DNA of 60,309 nucleotides from a virus (lineage: Duplodnaviria > Caudoviricetes), in the IMG/VR virus record IMGVR_UViG_3300035670_000225, positions 1-60,309 of that record; one strand, 5' to 3'. This document shows, piece after piece, positions 37,731 through 46,943 of this stretch. The notes beneath the pieces were generated by a model, which was given only the letters and a program-made list of their open reading frames with translations, was not told the DNA's origin and searched no databases. Position 1 is the first letter of the stretch; every line of letters starts with the position of its first letter. Position numbers and translations under genes: made by a program.

Positions 37731-38774
37731 ATGAGTGTCGGTATTTATACGCATTACGCGCAATGCGACCAGACATATTTTGCGATTCGTCTTGCAGATT
37801 TCTTGCGCAACCAAGGCGTTGATTTTTCTATTTATACAGATAACCAGCCCGCCAAAATCAAGTCTGCGTATGACAACATAGTCGTACACAAAAATAAACA
37901 ACGGTATAGCGATTGGGCGAAAAAACAGCGCATTCTAGTTTGGACTCATGTACCTAAAATAGAGCAAATTAATATTGCTAAGCGCGCCGGCGCCACGACC
38001 GTCTTAGTGCCAATGTGGCAAGAATTAAATACGCCGTTCAAAAAAACCGTACGCCAAGCCGATCATCTCATCGCGTTGTCGACAGAATGCCGAGAACTTT
38101 TCCACGGTGTATACAAGTTTCGCAATGTAACGTTAATACCTTTTGACACGGGATTGCCGCCGACAAAAAAAGACGGCAATGTAGATGCCAAGAAAATAAA
38201 ACTGTTTTTGCCGTGGTTTGATCGGAATGCACGTTGCGCACAGAATTCTTTTTTGGATCAACTAGAGTACTTGCTATTGCGCATGCCAGAAGCGCATTTA
38301 ACTGTTGCAATTTCGTCGAGCAAATTTTCACCGGCAATTGCCAAGTTTTTTCAACGTCTTGGAAGACACACAGAGGGGCGCGTTTCTTTGTTGCGAAACG
38401 TTGCCGTGCCGGCTCGCACAAAACTTTACGGCGAACACGACTTAACCGTATTCCCCGCCGAGTGCGATAATTTTGGATTGTGCAGTTTGACTTCAATTTG
38501 CTGCGGCACGCCAGTGATTACGCTCGCAGTTTCTCCGCAGACTGATTTTGTATATCAAGACGCAAATGGCGTACTTGTAAAAACTAAAGTTGATTATGAC
38601 GAGCATGGTGTGCCGCACGCGCGCCCTGATTACGACTTGTTCGGTGAAACATTGCAGACACTCATTGCGGAACCAAACTACATCAACGCGATGAATCGCA
38701 AAATTAACTACAACTTAAATTCTCGCCGCAAATCATTTGAACTAGGTTGGCAATCTGTTTTGCGGCTTGTGTGA
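37731..38774 (+). CDS. GT-B (GT4-like) glycosyltransferase
   Basis: HDLTVFPAECDNFGL...CGTPVI...NGVLV. Confidence 0.75.
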   Translation: MSVGIYTHYAQCDQTYFAIRLADFLRNQGVDFSIYTDNQPAKIKSAYDNIVVHKNKQRYSDWAKKQRILVWTHVPKIEQINIAKRAGATTVLVPMWQELNTPFKKTVRQADHLIALSTECRELFHGVYKFRNVTLIPFDTGLPPTKKDGNVDAKKIKLFLPWFDRNARCAQNSFLDQLEYLLLRMPEAHLTVAISSSKFSPAIAKFFQRLGRHTEGRVSLLRNVAVPARTKLYGEHDLTVFPAECDNFGLCSLTSICCGTPVITLAVSPQTDFVYQDANGVLVKTKVDYDEHGVPHARPDYDLFGETLQTLIAEPNYINAMNRKINYNLNSRRKSFELGWQSVLRLV

Positions 38775-38796
38775 CACTTGGCGCACGGAGGCGCAC

Positions 38797-39576
38797 ATGA
38801 AAAAAGCCGACGACCTGTCGTTAGACAAAACGTTATTGTTTGCCCAACAATGCTACGCCGAAAAGCAAAACAATTCTGGCGAAAACTTACTCGCGCATTG
38901 CAAAAGAGTCGCGTATCAAGCCGAGACTATTGCGCATAAGTTGTATCAGGACTTGCGCACGGATTACGTACCTGAGAATCTCAAAGATACTGTCGCGGCA
39001 ATTATTCATTGCGGGCTGCTGCATGACGTCTTGAATGTCCGCGCGTGTGCGTTTGAAACTATTGCCGAGGTAGCAAATGTTCAAATCGCCGCTATGGTGT
39101 CAGCGCTCAGCCGCGATTTTCGTCTTGTTGAAACAAAGCGAGATATGGAATTTCGTGGGCGACTTAGCCAGAGCGCGGTCGGCACACAAATTGTCGCCGT
39201 CGCCGACATTATTTGCACGGCAAAAGAATTGCTCAAAACGCTAGAACGCAGCGGCATGTCGGTTGTGCCAAAATCTAAAAAAATTTTGGCGCAATTAGAC
39301 GGCGACTTGCTGGCAGTGCATGCAGCAAATAAATATTACATGCTGCGGCTGTATGTGCACGCCGCCCGCAATCTTCTCGTGGATGTGAGTCAAAAAATCA
39401 AATCTTGCAGGCAAAAAGCAAAAGCGGACAAAGCGGCAGCCAGTCTTGCCAAAAAAGTGCAAGAAGCGGTAGACTCTCGCGCCAAGAAAGATCGACGTCC
39501 GCGCGGCAAAACTAAAGAGAAAAAACAGGAGGTGCGCTATGCAAGAAAAAGAAATCTTCGCACAGATGTTGACTGA
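38797..39576 (+). CDS. RelA/SpoT-hydrolase (Mesh1/SAH)-like HD domain protein, divergent
   Basis: AHCKRVA, GLLHDVL, MVSALSRD, VAVAD; basic C-terminal tail. Confidence 0.6.
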   Translation: MKKADDLSLDKTLLFAQQCYAEKQNNSGENLLAHCKRVAYQAETIAHKLYQDLRTDYVPENLKDTVAAIIHCGLLHDVLNVRACAFETIAEVANVQIAAMVSALSRDFRLVETKRDMEFRGRLSQSAVGTQIVAVADIICTAKELLKTLERSGMSVVPKSKKILAQLDGDLLAVHAANKYYMLRLYVHAARNLLVDVSQKIKSCRQKAKADKAAASLAKKVQEAVDSRAKKDRRPRGKTKEKKQEVRYARKRNLRTDVD

Positions 39577-39853
39577 CTTCGCGGCGACCCGACCCGAGAT
39601 TACAGACAATCAGGTCTTGCAGGACTTTTGCGATTATGCTAAGACGTGGTTTTCTGAAAAAGGCGTTGTGGGTGTCGCGCAAACCGTCAATGGTTTTGCT
39701 TTGCGTTTTAAAGACGGTTCTGAGCGGATTTTATTCTCTTCTAATTTTCAGGCCGTAGCGGATCAGCCTTCTTTTTCGATTTCTGGCGTGGGTGGCGGGC
39801 CCGTGCGAATTACGCCCATAGCCGTAGACACGTCACATAAAATTACCGGGTAA
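39539..39853 (+). CDS. hypothetical protein
   Basis: SD AGGAGG. Confidence 0.7.
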   Translation: MQEKEIFAQMLTDFAATRPEITDNQVLQDFCDYAKTWFSEKGVVGVAQTVNGFALRFKDGSERILFSSNFQAVADQPSFSISGVGGGPVRITPIAVDTSHKITG

Positions 39854-39868
39854 TTACAAGGAGCGTAA

Positions 39869-40549
39869 GTGTTTATTTGTTTTGAAGGTATTGACGGCGC
39901 CGGCAAGAGTACGCAGGCCCGCATGCTTCAGCAGCGACTTGCGGCCGATGGCTATAAAGTTGAATTAGTGGCAGACCCCGGCACTACTAAAATTGGGACA
40001 GCAATTCGGCAGATTCTTCTCGACAACGACGGCCCGATCACGCCCGTCGCGCAAATGCTGCTATTTTCTGCGGCCCGGGCTGAGTTATCTGCGTATGCGC
40101 GTGCACAATTGCGCAAAAAAACCGTCATTATTTGCGATCGCTGGTTTTTATCGACGGTAGTGTATCAGGGTGTCTTGAATCGGATACCGATACATAGTCT
40201 TTTTGATATTTTTGAAATGTCGGACTGTGTGTTTCCAGATTTATGTTTTTTGCTTGACCTCGATCCGCGCGACGCCAAGAAACGGATGGGCAAGCCGCGC
40301 GACAGGTACGAGCGCAAAGGCATGGCTGAGCGCAAGATTATGCGCGACGCGTATCTAAATTTTGCCGGGCACCAGTTCGCTGCCGCCACTGAAGTAGTCG
40401 CGGCAGATCGTCCGGCAGAAATAACGCACAAGCAGATTTACGCAATTGTGAAATCTGCTTTGACGGAGCGGAAGATAAAACCCACAAGGAAGGAGCCTAA
40501 AAATGGCCGTTCTCGTGTCCGAGCAAACGCACGTAAATCAAGAACGTGA
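39869..40549 (+). CDS. tmk: thymidylate (dTMP) kinase
   Basis: FEGIDGAGKST, LLFSAAR, CDRW..S..YQG, PD. Confidence 0.95.
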   Translation: MFICFEGIDGAGKSTQARMLQQRLAADGYKVELVADPGTTKIGTAIRQILLDNDGPITPVAQMLLFSAARAELSAYARAQLRKKTVIICDRWFLSTVVYQGVLNRIPIHSLFDIFEMSDCVFPDLCFLLDLDPRDAKKRMGKPRDRYERKGMAERKIMRDAYLNFAGHQFAAATEVVAADRPAEITHKQIYAIVKSALTERKIKPTRKEPKNGRSRVRANARKSRT

Positions 40550-41006
40550 TTACTCCGTATTTGTCGCTCTAAAAGAGGTGCAGCAATTAGAGCGGCAATT
40601 AATTGTTAGCCCAGAAAATCGCACAATTAACGCGGCTTTGCGCAACGTTGTGTTTCTGCTTTTAGACCTTGCGCAGAAATATGTGCCGAATACCGCCGCC
40701 ACTTTTAGCGATTACTCGCATCTGACGCACTGCATTAAACTTTTGCAGGAAATGGGTTTAAAGCCCCAAATTGCGGCAAAACTTGACGCAGCCGTAGCCG
40801 GCGTAAGTGCCGATATCGTGTACAATTCTTTTGAATACCGGCAGTTGCGCAATAAAATAAAAGCGTGTTTGGCGGTTGTTGCCGACCTAACCGAGCGCCC
40901 TGCTGCCGCGGGCTCAAAAGAGTTTCAGCGCGGCGTGCGCGAAGGTTACCGTCGCGCCAGCGATATCGCCGTATTATTCCTTGAAGACATCAATGAGACC
41001 GCGTAG
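40503..41006 (+). CDS. hypothetical protein
   Basis: SD AAGGAG. Confidence 0.7.
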   Translation: MAVLVSEQTHVNQERDYSVFVALKEVQQLERQLIVSPENRTINAALRNVVFLLLDLAQKYVPNTAATFSDYSHLTHCIKLLQEMGLKPQIAAKLDAAVAGVSADIVYNSFEYRQLRNKIKACLAVVADLTERPAAAGSKEFQRGVREGYRRASDIAVLFLEDINETA

Positions 41007-41271
41007 CATGGACGCCCACAGCATAACAGTAGCCCTTGGCGATTTAAATCCGGACGCCGTGTTACTCGAAAACATGGACACGGCGCTTATTGGCGTTGGT
41101 TATATCGGCCCGCGCGATCCGGTGGCGATATACAGCAAAGCAAAGATATACGAAAAACTATTTGCTGACGGTTTTTCGCAGGAAGATGCTAATGAGTATT
41201 TCGGCAAATACTCTAACACATGGGCGGCTGAAAACACGCCTGTAATTATGGATGACCTTTCGGAGCAATAA
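40993..41271 (+). CDS. small phage hypothetical protein
   Basis: D.ALIG...AIYS..KI...EDA.EYF...TP pattern. Confidence 0.65.
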   Translation: MRPRSMDAHSITVALGDLNPDAVLLENMDTALIGVGYIGPRDPVAIYSKAKIYEKLFADGFSQEDANEYFGKYSNTWAAENTPVIMDDLSEQ

Positions 41272-41573
41272 TGGCTACGGTTGTTGAAAACCACCCTGAC
41301 AGCATTATCTTTGTCAACGGCGGGCGCGGCGATAAAGAAAACTCACCGACGCTGTCTGTGCAGGCGGGCGATTGGGAGGTCGAGGATCACGTCGAGTCTG
41401 GCGTGGTGTTTGACGCGTACGGCCCACAACCACCGCTGCTCACCCCGGCTGACGCGCGCAAACTGGCTAAATGGCTGCAACGCGCCGCCGACAGCCTAGA
41501 GGGCGTAAAACATTCGGACAAAAAAAAGAGTCGGCACAACTATTACGAGCAGGATGATGTAGACGATTATTGA
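41271..41573 (+). CDS. hypothetical protein
   Basis: TAATG overlap. Confidence 0.65.
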   Translation: MATVVENHPDSIIFVNGGRGDKENSPTLSVQAGDWEVEDHVESGVVFDAYGPQPPLLTPADARKLAKWLQRAADSLEGVKHSDKKKSRHNYYEQDDVDDY

Positions 41574-41893
41574 GGTTATTTGTGAAAAACTCGCTGCTCT
41601 GCTGGCTTCTACTGGTTGCTCTGTCGCGCGTAGAGGCGGCAGAGTTGCTCATTTTTACGGCTGATTGGTGCGGCCCGTGTCAGCAATTAAAAACAGACAT
41701 CGCACAGAACCCCGAGATTATGCGGGATTATGAGTGGGGCTATGTCGACTTCGACGCTGAAAAAGATTTGGTGCGCGCCTACAGTGTAAAAACAGTGCCC
41801 ACTTTTTTTATACTAGAGGGGCATAACGTTGTGCGCCAACAATCCGGTTATCGCGGCCCGGGGCAATTGAGGCGCTGGTTGCAAAGCAGGTAA
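41570..41893 (+). CDS. thioredoxin-family protein with signal-peptide-like N-terminus
   Basis: FTADWCGPC and VPTF; hydrophobic leader ending in AxA. Confidence 0.85.
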   Translation: MRLFVKNSLLCWLLLVALSRVEAAELLIFTADWCGPCQQLKTDIAQNPEIMRDYEWGYVDFDAEKDLVRAYSVKTVPTFFILEGHNVVRQQSGYRGPGQLRRWLQSR

Positions 41894-41905
41894 GCGGGCG
41901 CCGAT

Positions 41906-42307
41906 ATGACCGTGAACAAAAAAATATCAGAGTTGCCCGACAAACCGCTCCCCGAGCCGTCGGACATCATATTGCTGGTCGATACGGGCGTCACGCCGAT
42001 CAGTACGAAAAAAACAACGCTGGCAGACATGTTAGCGTCGTTTCGAAATTTACCGAACGGTTTAGCGATTCTAGACGCTGCTGGTAAAATACCGGCAACG
42101 CAGTTGCCGCCGCTCGCAATTAACAACACTTTTGTTGTAAACTCGCTAGGAGCGCTCGTCGACCTTGTTGCCGAAATTGGCGACGTAGCCGTGGTGACAA
42201 GTCTAAACAAAAGTTTTATACTGGCCAACGAGCCGGCTTCTGCTATTGGAAACTGGGTTGAATTACTGGCCTCGGGAACAAATATTCTTGATGGCGGAAA
42301 TTTTTAG
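41906..42307 (+). CDS. fibre-associated structural protein
   Basis: KKISELP...TKK..NG.A.LD..GK.P..Q.P module shared with 52428; ends in LDGGNF. Confidence 0.6.
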   Translation: MTVNKKISELPDKPLPEPSDIILLVDTGVTPISTKKTTLADMLASFRNLPNGLAILDAAGKIPATQLPPLAINNTFVVNSLGALVDLVAEIGDVAVVTSLNKSFILANEPASAIGNWVELLASGTNILDGGNF

Positions 42308-42321
42308 GAGCAATGTAGCCG

Positions 42322-45300
42322 ATGTCTAACACTATTCAAATTAAGCGTCGCACCTCCGCGCCCGGCAACCAAGCAGGCGCTCCGACCAATCTCGCCGTGG
42401 CCGAACTGGCGTTCAACGAGGTGGACAATACGCTGTACATTGGGCGCACTACCGGCGGTACGACTCCTGTGACCGTTGAGGCGCTCGCCGGCGCGGGCGC
42501 TTTCTTAGCGCTTTCTGGCACTCAAACAGCCAGCGGCAATTACACGTTCAACACCGGCACTGTCACGCTGAACGGCACTGTGTCTGGCACCGGCATCAAT
42601 TCTTACGTGACCGGGAAGCGGTTAAACGAATTTACAGCGCCTAATGCCGCAGTCAGTTTTGGTTCACAGCAAATCACCAACCTCGCGGCCCCGACCGCTG
42701 ACGCGCACGCTGCCACGAAGAAATACGTGGACGATACTGTGACCGCCTCGCAGCCGACCGGCGTCGCCTATTTAGCAGCCAATAACACCTTCACCGGTAT
42801 TAATACGTTTGCAAATACCGTAACGGTGCAGGGTTCGTTCGCAATCGTCGACGGCACTGATGTTTTTAACATTGATCAAGGCGGTAATTTTAGCGGCGCT
42901 AATGGCACGCTGAGTGGCACGCTTGCGGCTGCTGGGTTGACAGTGAGTTCCGGCACCGGTGGTTCTTTTACGGTAGTTAGCAATGGTGAAACAAGCATCA
43001 CCAACGCGTCTCTTACGTTGACCAGCAACAGCAACTTTGCGCCAGTTTTTAAAGTAGGCGACGGTACTAATGAAAATTTTGTTGTATATCCTGACGGCAG
43101 TTTTAACGCAGCCGGCGGCGCTAATTCGTTCTCAGTTGACAATGCTGGCGTGTGTTATCCGTCAGCCGTTTACATGGGCGGCGGCACAGTTGTTATCAAT
43201 CCCGGCGATCCGGCCGGCAACGTGTTCATCATCAACAACGGAGCCGACACTTTTACGGTGAATCAAAGCGGCAACTTTTTTGCCACAAGCGGTACGGTCG
43301 GCGGCGCTATGTATGTCGACACAATGTACCTCGGCGGTAGCACCATCGTTCTTGATCCCGGCGCGACGAACGTGCTGGAAATTTCTGATACAAGCAACAC
43401 CGTTGGTTTTGGCGTAACGGCGGCTGGCACCGTCTCGGCGAAAAGCGTGGAAGTCAACGGGCAGTTTATTGCGGCTGGCACCGCGACAAGCGTGTACACG
43501 TACCCGAATGCTAATCCGTTTGCAGTTTATGGGTCGCAATTAGCGCCCGTATTTGAAGTGGCTAACGACGGGACTGTTACGGCAGATACGCTCGTCGCCG
43601 GCACGCTCAATGTCCTCGACAAGCAGATAGTGCTAGCCGACGTTGCTACCCCCTCAGATACGACAGCAAATGGTAGCGGCATCGTTGTAAAAGGCCCAAC
43701 AAATTCGACTTACAAAAATATTTTGTGGGCGGACGAAGATGACTCTTGGCGCTTCAATCAGGCTATCCACGCCGCCGGCACCAGTTTTATTCTCAGCAGC
43801 GGCACCACTACAGCGTCTGGTGGCGGCTCATCTTCCAGTGTGCTTAATGTCGTCGACGATTACAACGTAGAGCGAAAAGTAACTTTCGCGTTGCCGGTCA
43901 GTTTTTCGACCGGTTCGTGGCTTATAACTGTACCGCTTAAAACCGGCACAATGGCGCTTAGCACTGATAAACTCAGCGCATTTGCCGCGACCACATCCGC
44001 AGAACTCGCGGGCGTAATTAGCGACGAAACTGGCACCGGCAAACTTGTGTTTTCTGGAAGCCCCGAATTTCAATTTAGCGCGGGGACGACGAGCACCGTA
44101 TTTGATGTTTTCAATACGACCGCAGAGACGATCAACGCCTTCGGCGCCGCGACGACGGTCAACATCGGCGCGAATACCGGCACTACGTACATCAAACACG
44201 CGCTCGACATAACCGGCACAATTAGCGCAGCAAACAACAACTTTACCGTCGACGCGTCTGGTGCTGTAAGCGCGGCCGACGGCAACTTTAGCGTTAGCAC
44301 AACAGGCGCAATAACAGCCGCCGCCGGCGCCTTCCTTGTCACATCAGACGGCGAACTTTCCGCGGCTTCTGGAAACTTTTCCGCCACAACTTCTGGCACA
44401 ACGATTTCAGGTGACTTTTTGGTCGCACCCGCCGGCGGCGGTGGCGATATATTCAGTGTGGACGCTGCAACCGCGACCGTTCGTGTAAACGGCGACGAAG
44501 TTGCTACCAAGCCCTACGTTGACGCGATCAAGCAGGGTCTTGATATCAAAGACAGCGTGCGCGTTGCGACAACCGCGAACATTACCCTGTCCGGCACGCA
44601 AAGTATTGACGGAGTATCGGTAGTTGCCGGCGACCGCGTGCTAGTTAAAAATCAGAGCACGGCTAGTCAAAACGGTATTTACGTTGTTGCAGCCGGCGCT
44701 TGGTCGCGCGCAGAAGACGCAGACACCAGCGAGAAAGTTACGGCTGGCTTGTTTGTATTCGTGGAATTGGGTACGGCAAACGCGGACACGGGCTGGGTAC
44801 TTGTCACGGATGAGCCGACAACTCTTGGCACAACAAGCCTTACCTTCTCTCAATTTTCGGCTGCCGGTCAAATTTATGACGGCAACGGTCTTGTAAAAGT
44901 TGGCAATACTATTAGCGTCGGTACGGCGTCTACGAATCGTATTGTCGTTAACGCCGATAACATCGATCTTGCCACGACCGGCGTAACGGCCGCCGCTAAC
45001 TACACGCGCGTCACAGTTGACGCGTACGGCCGCGTGACCGCCGCTGACAGCCCGCTTGTGGTCGCTGCCGGAAAGACGCTGGGAGTGAGCAACACGCTGA
45101 CGTTTACCGGTACAGACGCCAGTTCTGTGGCCTTTGGCGCCGGCGGTACAGTCGCTTACATTGGCAGCAACAACGCGTTCACTGGCGCCAACACGTTTAC
45201 GAATACTACCGGCCAGACTTTCCGGCAAGCGGCGACGCAGGACGGCATTATTCTTCGTGGCCGCGCCGGCGGTACAAGTACGCGCGCCGTGACCGTCGAA

Positions 45301-45420
45301 ACAGCGGCGCTCTCTGCTAACCGCACCATCACCCTTCCTGACGCTGCGGGTACAGTGCTTTTGGATTCTACGGTATGCGCCGCAGTGGCCGATTGCACAA
45401 TCGACGGCGGCACGTTCTAA
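42322..45420 (+). CDS. long tail/head fibre protein
   Basis: T/G/N/S-rich; AATKKYVD; GLDIKDSVRVAT...GDRVLVKNQ...NGIY module; VTVDAYGRVT; ends in IDGGTF. Confidence 0.8.
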   Translation: MSNTIQIKRRTSAPGNQAGAPTNLAVAELAFNEVDNTLYIGRTTGGTTPVTVEALAGAGAFLALSGTQTASGNYTFNTGTVTLNGTVSGTGINSYVTGKRLNEFTAPNAAVSFGSQQITNLAAPTADAHAATKKYVDDTVTASQPTGVAYLAANNTFTGINTFANTVTVQGSFAIVDGTDVFNIDQGGNFSGANGTLSGTLAAAGLTVSSGTGGSFTVVSNGETSITNASLTLTSNSNFAPVFKVGDGTNENFVVYPDGSFNAAGGANSFSVDNAGVCYPSAVYMGGGTVVINPGDPAGNVFIINNGADTFTVNQSGNFFATSGTVGGAMYVDTMYLGGSTIVLDPGATNVLEISDTSNTVGFGVTAAGTVSAKSVEVNGQFIAAGTATSVYTYPNANPFAVYGSQLAPVFEVANDGTVTADTLVAGTLNVLDKQIVLADVATPSDTTANGSGIVVKGPTNSTYKNILWADEDDSWRFNQAIHAAGTSFILSSGTTTASGGGSSSSVLNVVDDYNVERKVTFALPVSFSTGSWLITVPLKTGTMALSTDKLSAFAATTSAELAGVISDETGTGKLVFSGSPEFQFSAGTTSTVFDVFNTTAETINAFGAATTVNIGANTGTTYIKHALDITGTISAANNNFTVDASGAVSAADGNFSVSTTGAITAAAGAFLVTSDGELSAASGNFSATTSGTTISGDFLVAPAGGGGDIFSVDAATATVRVNGDEVATKPYVDAIKQGLDIKDSVRVATTANITLSGTQSIDGVSVVAGDRVLVKNQSTASQNGIYVVAAGAWSRAEDADTSEKVTAGLFVFVELGTANADTGWVLVTDEPTTLGTTSLTFSQFSAAGQIYDGNGLVKVGNTISVGTASTNRIVVNADNIDLATTGVTAAANYTRVTVDAYGRVTAADSPLVVAAGKTLGVSNTLTFTGTDASSVAFGAGGTVAYIGSNNAFTGANTFTNTTGQTFRQAATQDGIILRGRAGGTSTRAVTVETAALSANRTITLPDAAGTVLLDSTVCAAVADCTIDGGTF

Positions 45421-45429
45421 TCGCGTACC

Positions 45430-46635
45430 ATGCCAAACCAAATTCTGCACAAACGCAGCAGCACGCCCGGAGCAGTGCCTACAACTGGGCAACTCGCTGA
45501 CGGCGAACTTGCGTTAAATCTGGCTGACGGCAAACTGTTCGCAAAAAAGGCGGACGGCACCGTGGCGGCTTTTCCGGCCGAAGTCGAGGGTGGAACGGAA
45601 ACTACGGTCGCAACAGAATTGACGTATTATTTTCGCAACGTCGCGTCAGATTACTGGGACGACCCCAACAACTGGTTTTTAAACGCTGACATAGATTATC
45701 CCGCTAACACGATTCCGCCGGCAAATTCGAATGTGATCATTACGTCGTTGTGCGAGATAGGGCGAGTAATGGCCAATGCCGGCGCGAATCTTGTCGTTAA
45801 AAATATTAAGTTATGCGGCGAAGGACTCGACAGTGTCGGCAACCCAATTTACGCAGAACTGCGCGACACGAATTACGGGGGGTATCGCGTCGAAGTAACC
45901 GAGACGATGACACTCGGTGACGATACGGTTGGCATCAACGGCTTTTCATCTTCTTGTTACGCCGCGCTTAACGCAGACGTGTATTTAGCAACTGGCGCTG
46001 TCGCTACATTGTATCATAACAGCAATTTCAACAGCCGCAACATTGACGGCCCGGGCACGCTGATTATTCAGGGCGGCAGCATTAGTTACGCGAGCCTATA
46101 CGCAAATACAGAAATGCGCTGGGGGTATGCAAATCCCTACTTTTACGGCGAATTTAAGTACTTTGGCGGTACTTTGCAGTACGGCACCGCATACTACAAC
46201 TACAACACAAGCGCGCCGCCTGTCATCATTTTTAACCCCGGCGCCTACGACCCGGCGACCATTAACAATGCGGACTACAACTACTTTTATAATGCCGATT
46301 TACGCATTTACAATCTAAGCGGCGTGACAAATAACTATATTCAAGCCGAGTCGTGGGCCGGCCCGGCGCCGACAGTTGTTTCCGTGTACAACGCTGTAGA
46401 AATAAATAACACCGCGTTTACTACAATTTCGTTAATAAACATGACCGGATCGTTGATTACGTTCTACGATTCGTCGACAAATGCCGGGATGATTGACGGC
46501 GACGCGCACTTTAGAAACTCGTCGTCAAATTCCCCGTCTGGTACGATTAACGGCACCGCGACATTCTTCGATTCTGCGTGCAATAACGGCGGTAGCGCGA
46601 CCACCTTTGTGCCCAGCCCGCCGCCGAGTTGCTAA
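45430..46635 (+). CDS. fibre/adhesin protein with a beta-helix-like body
   Basis: KRSS.PG.VP...L.DGELALN..DGKLF N-terminal module; W.DPNNW; N/Y/G-rich. Confidence 0.7.
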   Translation: MPNQILHKRSSTPGAVPTTGQLADGELALNLADGKLFAKKADGTVAAFPAEVEGGTETTVATELTYYFRNVASDYWDDPNNWFLNADIDYPANTIPPANSNVIITSLCEIGRVMANAGANLVVKNIKLCGEGLDSVGNPIYAELRDTNYGGYRVEVTETMTLGDDTVGINGFSSSCYAALNADVYLATGAVATLYHNSNFNSRNIDGPGTLIIQGGSISYASLYANTEMRWGYANPYFYGEFKYFGGTLQYGTAYYNYNTSAPPVIIFNPGAYDPATINNADYNYFYNADLRIYNLSGVTNNYIQAESWAGPAPTVVSVYNAVEINNTAFTTISLINMTGSLITFYDSSTNAGMIDGDAHFRNSSSNSPSGTINGTATFFDSACNNGGSATTFVPSPPPSC

Positions 46636-46652
46636 CCGCATGAGGTACTGCA

Positions 46653-46940
46653 ATGGAATTTAATCCGCCGCTCGTGATCCCGATGCCCGACGGTACGCAA
46701 CGCACCGTCGCGCGTCTATTTCCGATTATTTATGACGACGTGACCCGCAAGGTGTGCAACTTAATGCTGCACCCGTTTCCGAAACCGTTGACGCTATGGC
46801 GCGGCGAGGCGTACGACATCGCCGGCGACTATACGCAGGCAGATGTTGATGCACGGCTGCTGGAATTGCTTGGCGACGACCCCGTACATGTACTGCGCGG
46901 TTTGATTCCCGGCGCCAATGGAAATATGCCGCAAGGATAA
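46653..46940 (+). CDS. small fibre-associated protein (possible chaperone)
   Basis: LTLWRGEAYD..GDYTQ; lies between fibre genes. Confidence 0.6.
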   Translation: MEFNPPLVIPMPDGTQRTVARLFPIIYDDVTRKVCNLMLHPFPKPLTLWRGEAYDIAGDYTQADVDARLLELLGDDPVHVLRGLIPGANGNMPQG

Positions 46941-46943
46941 TCA

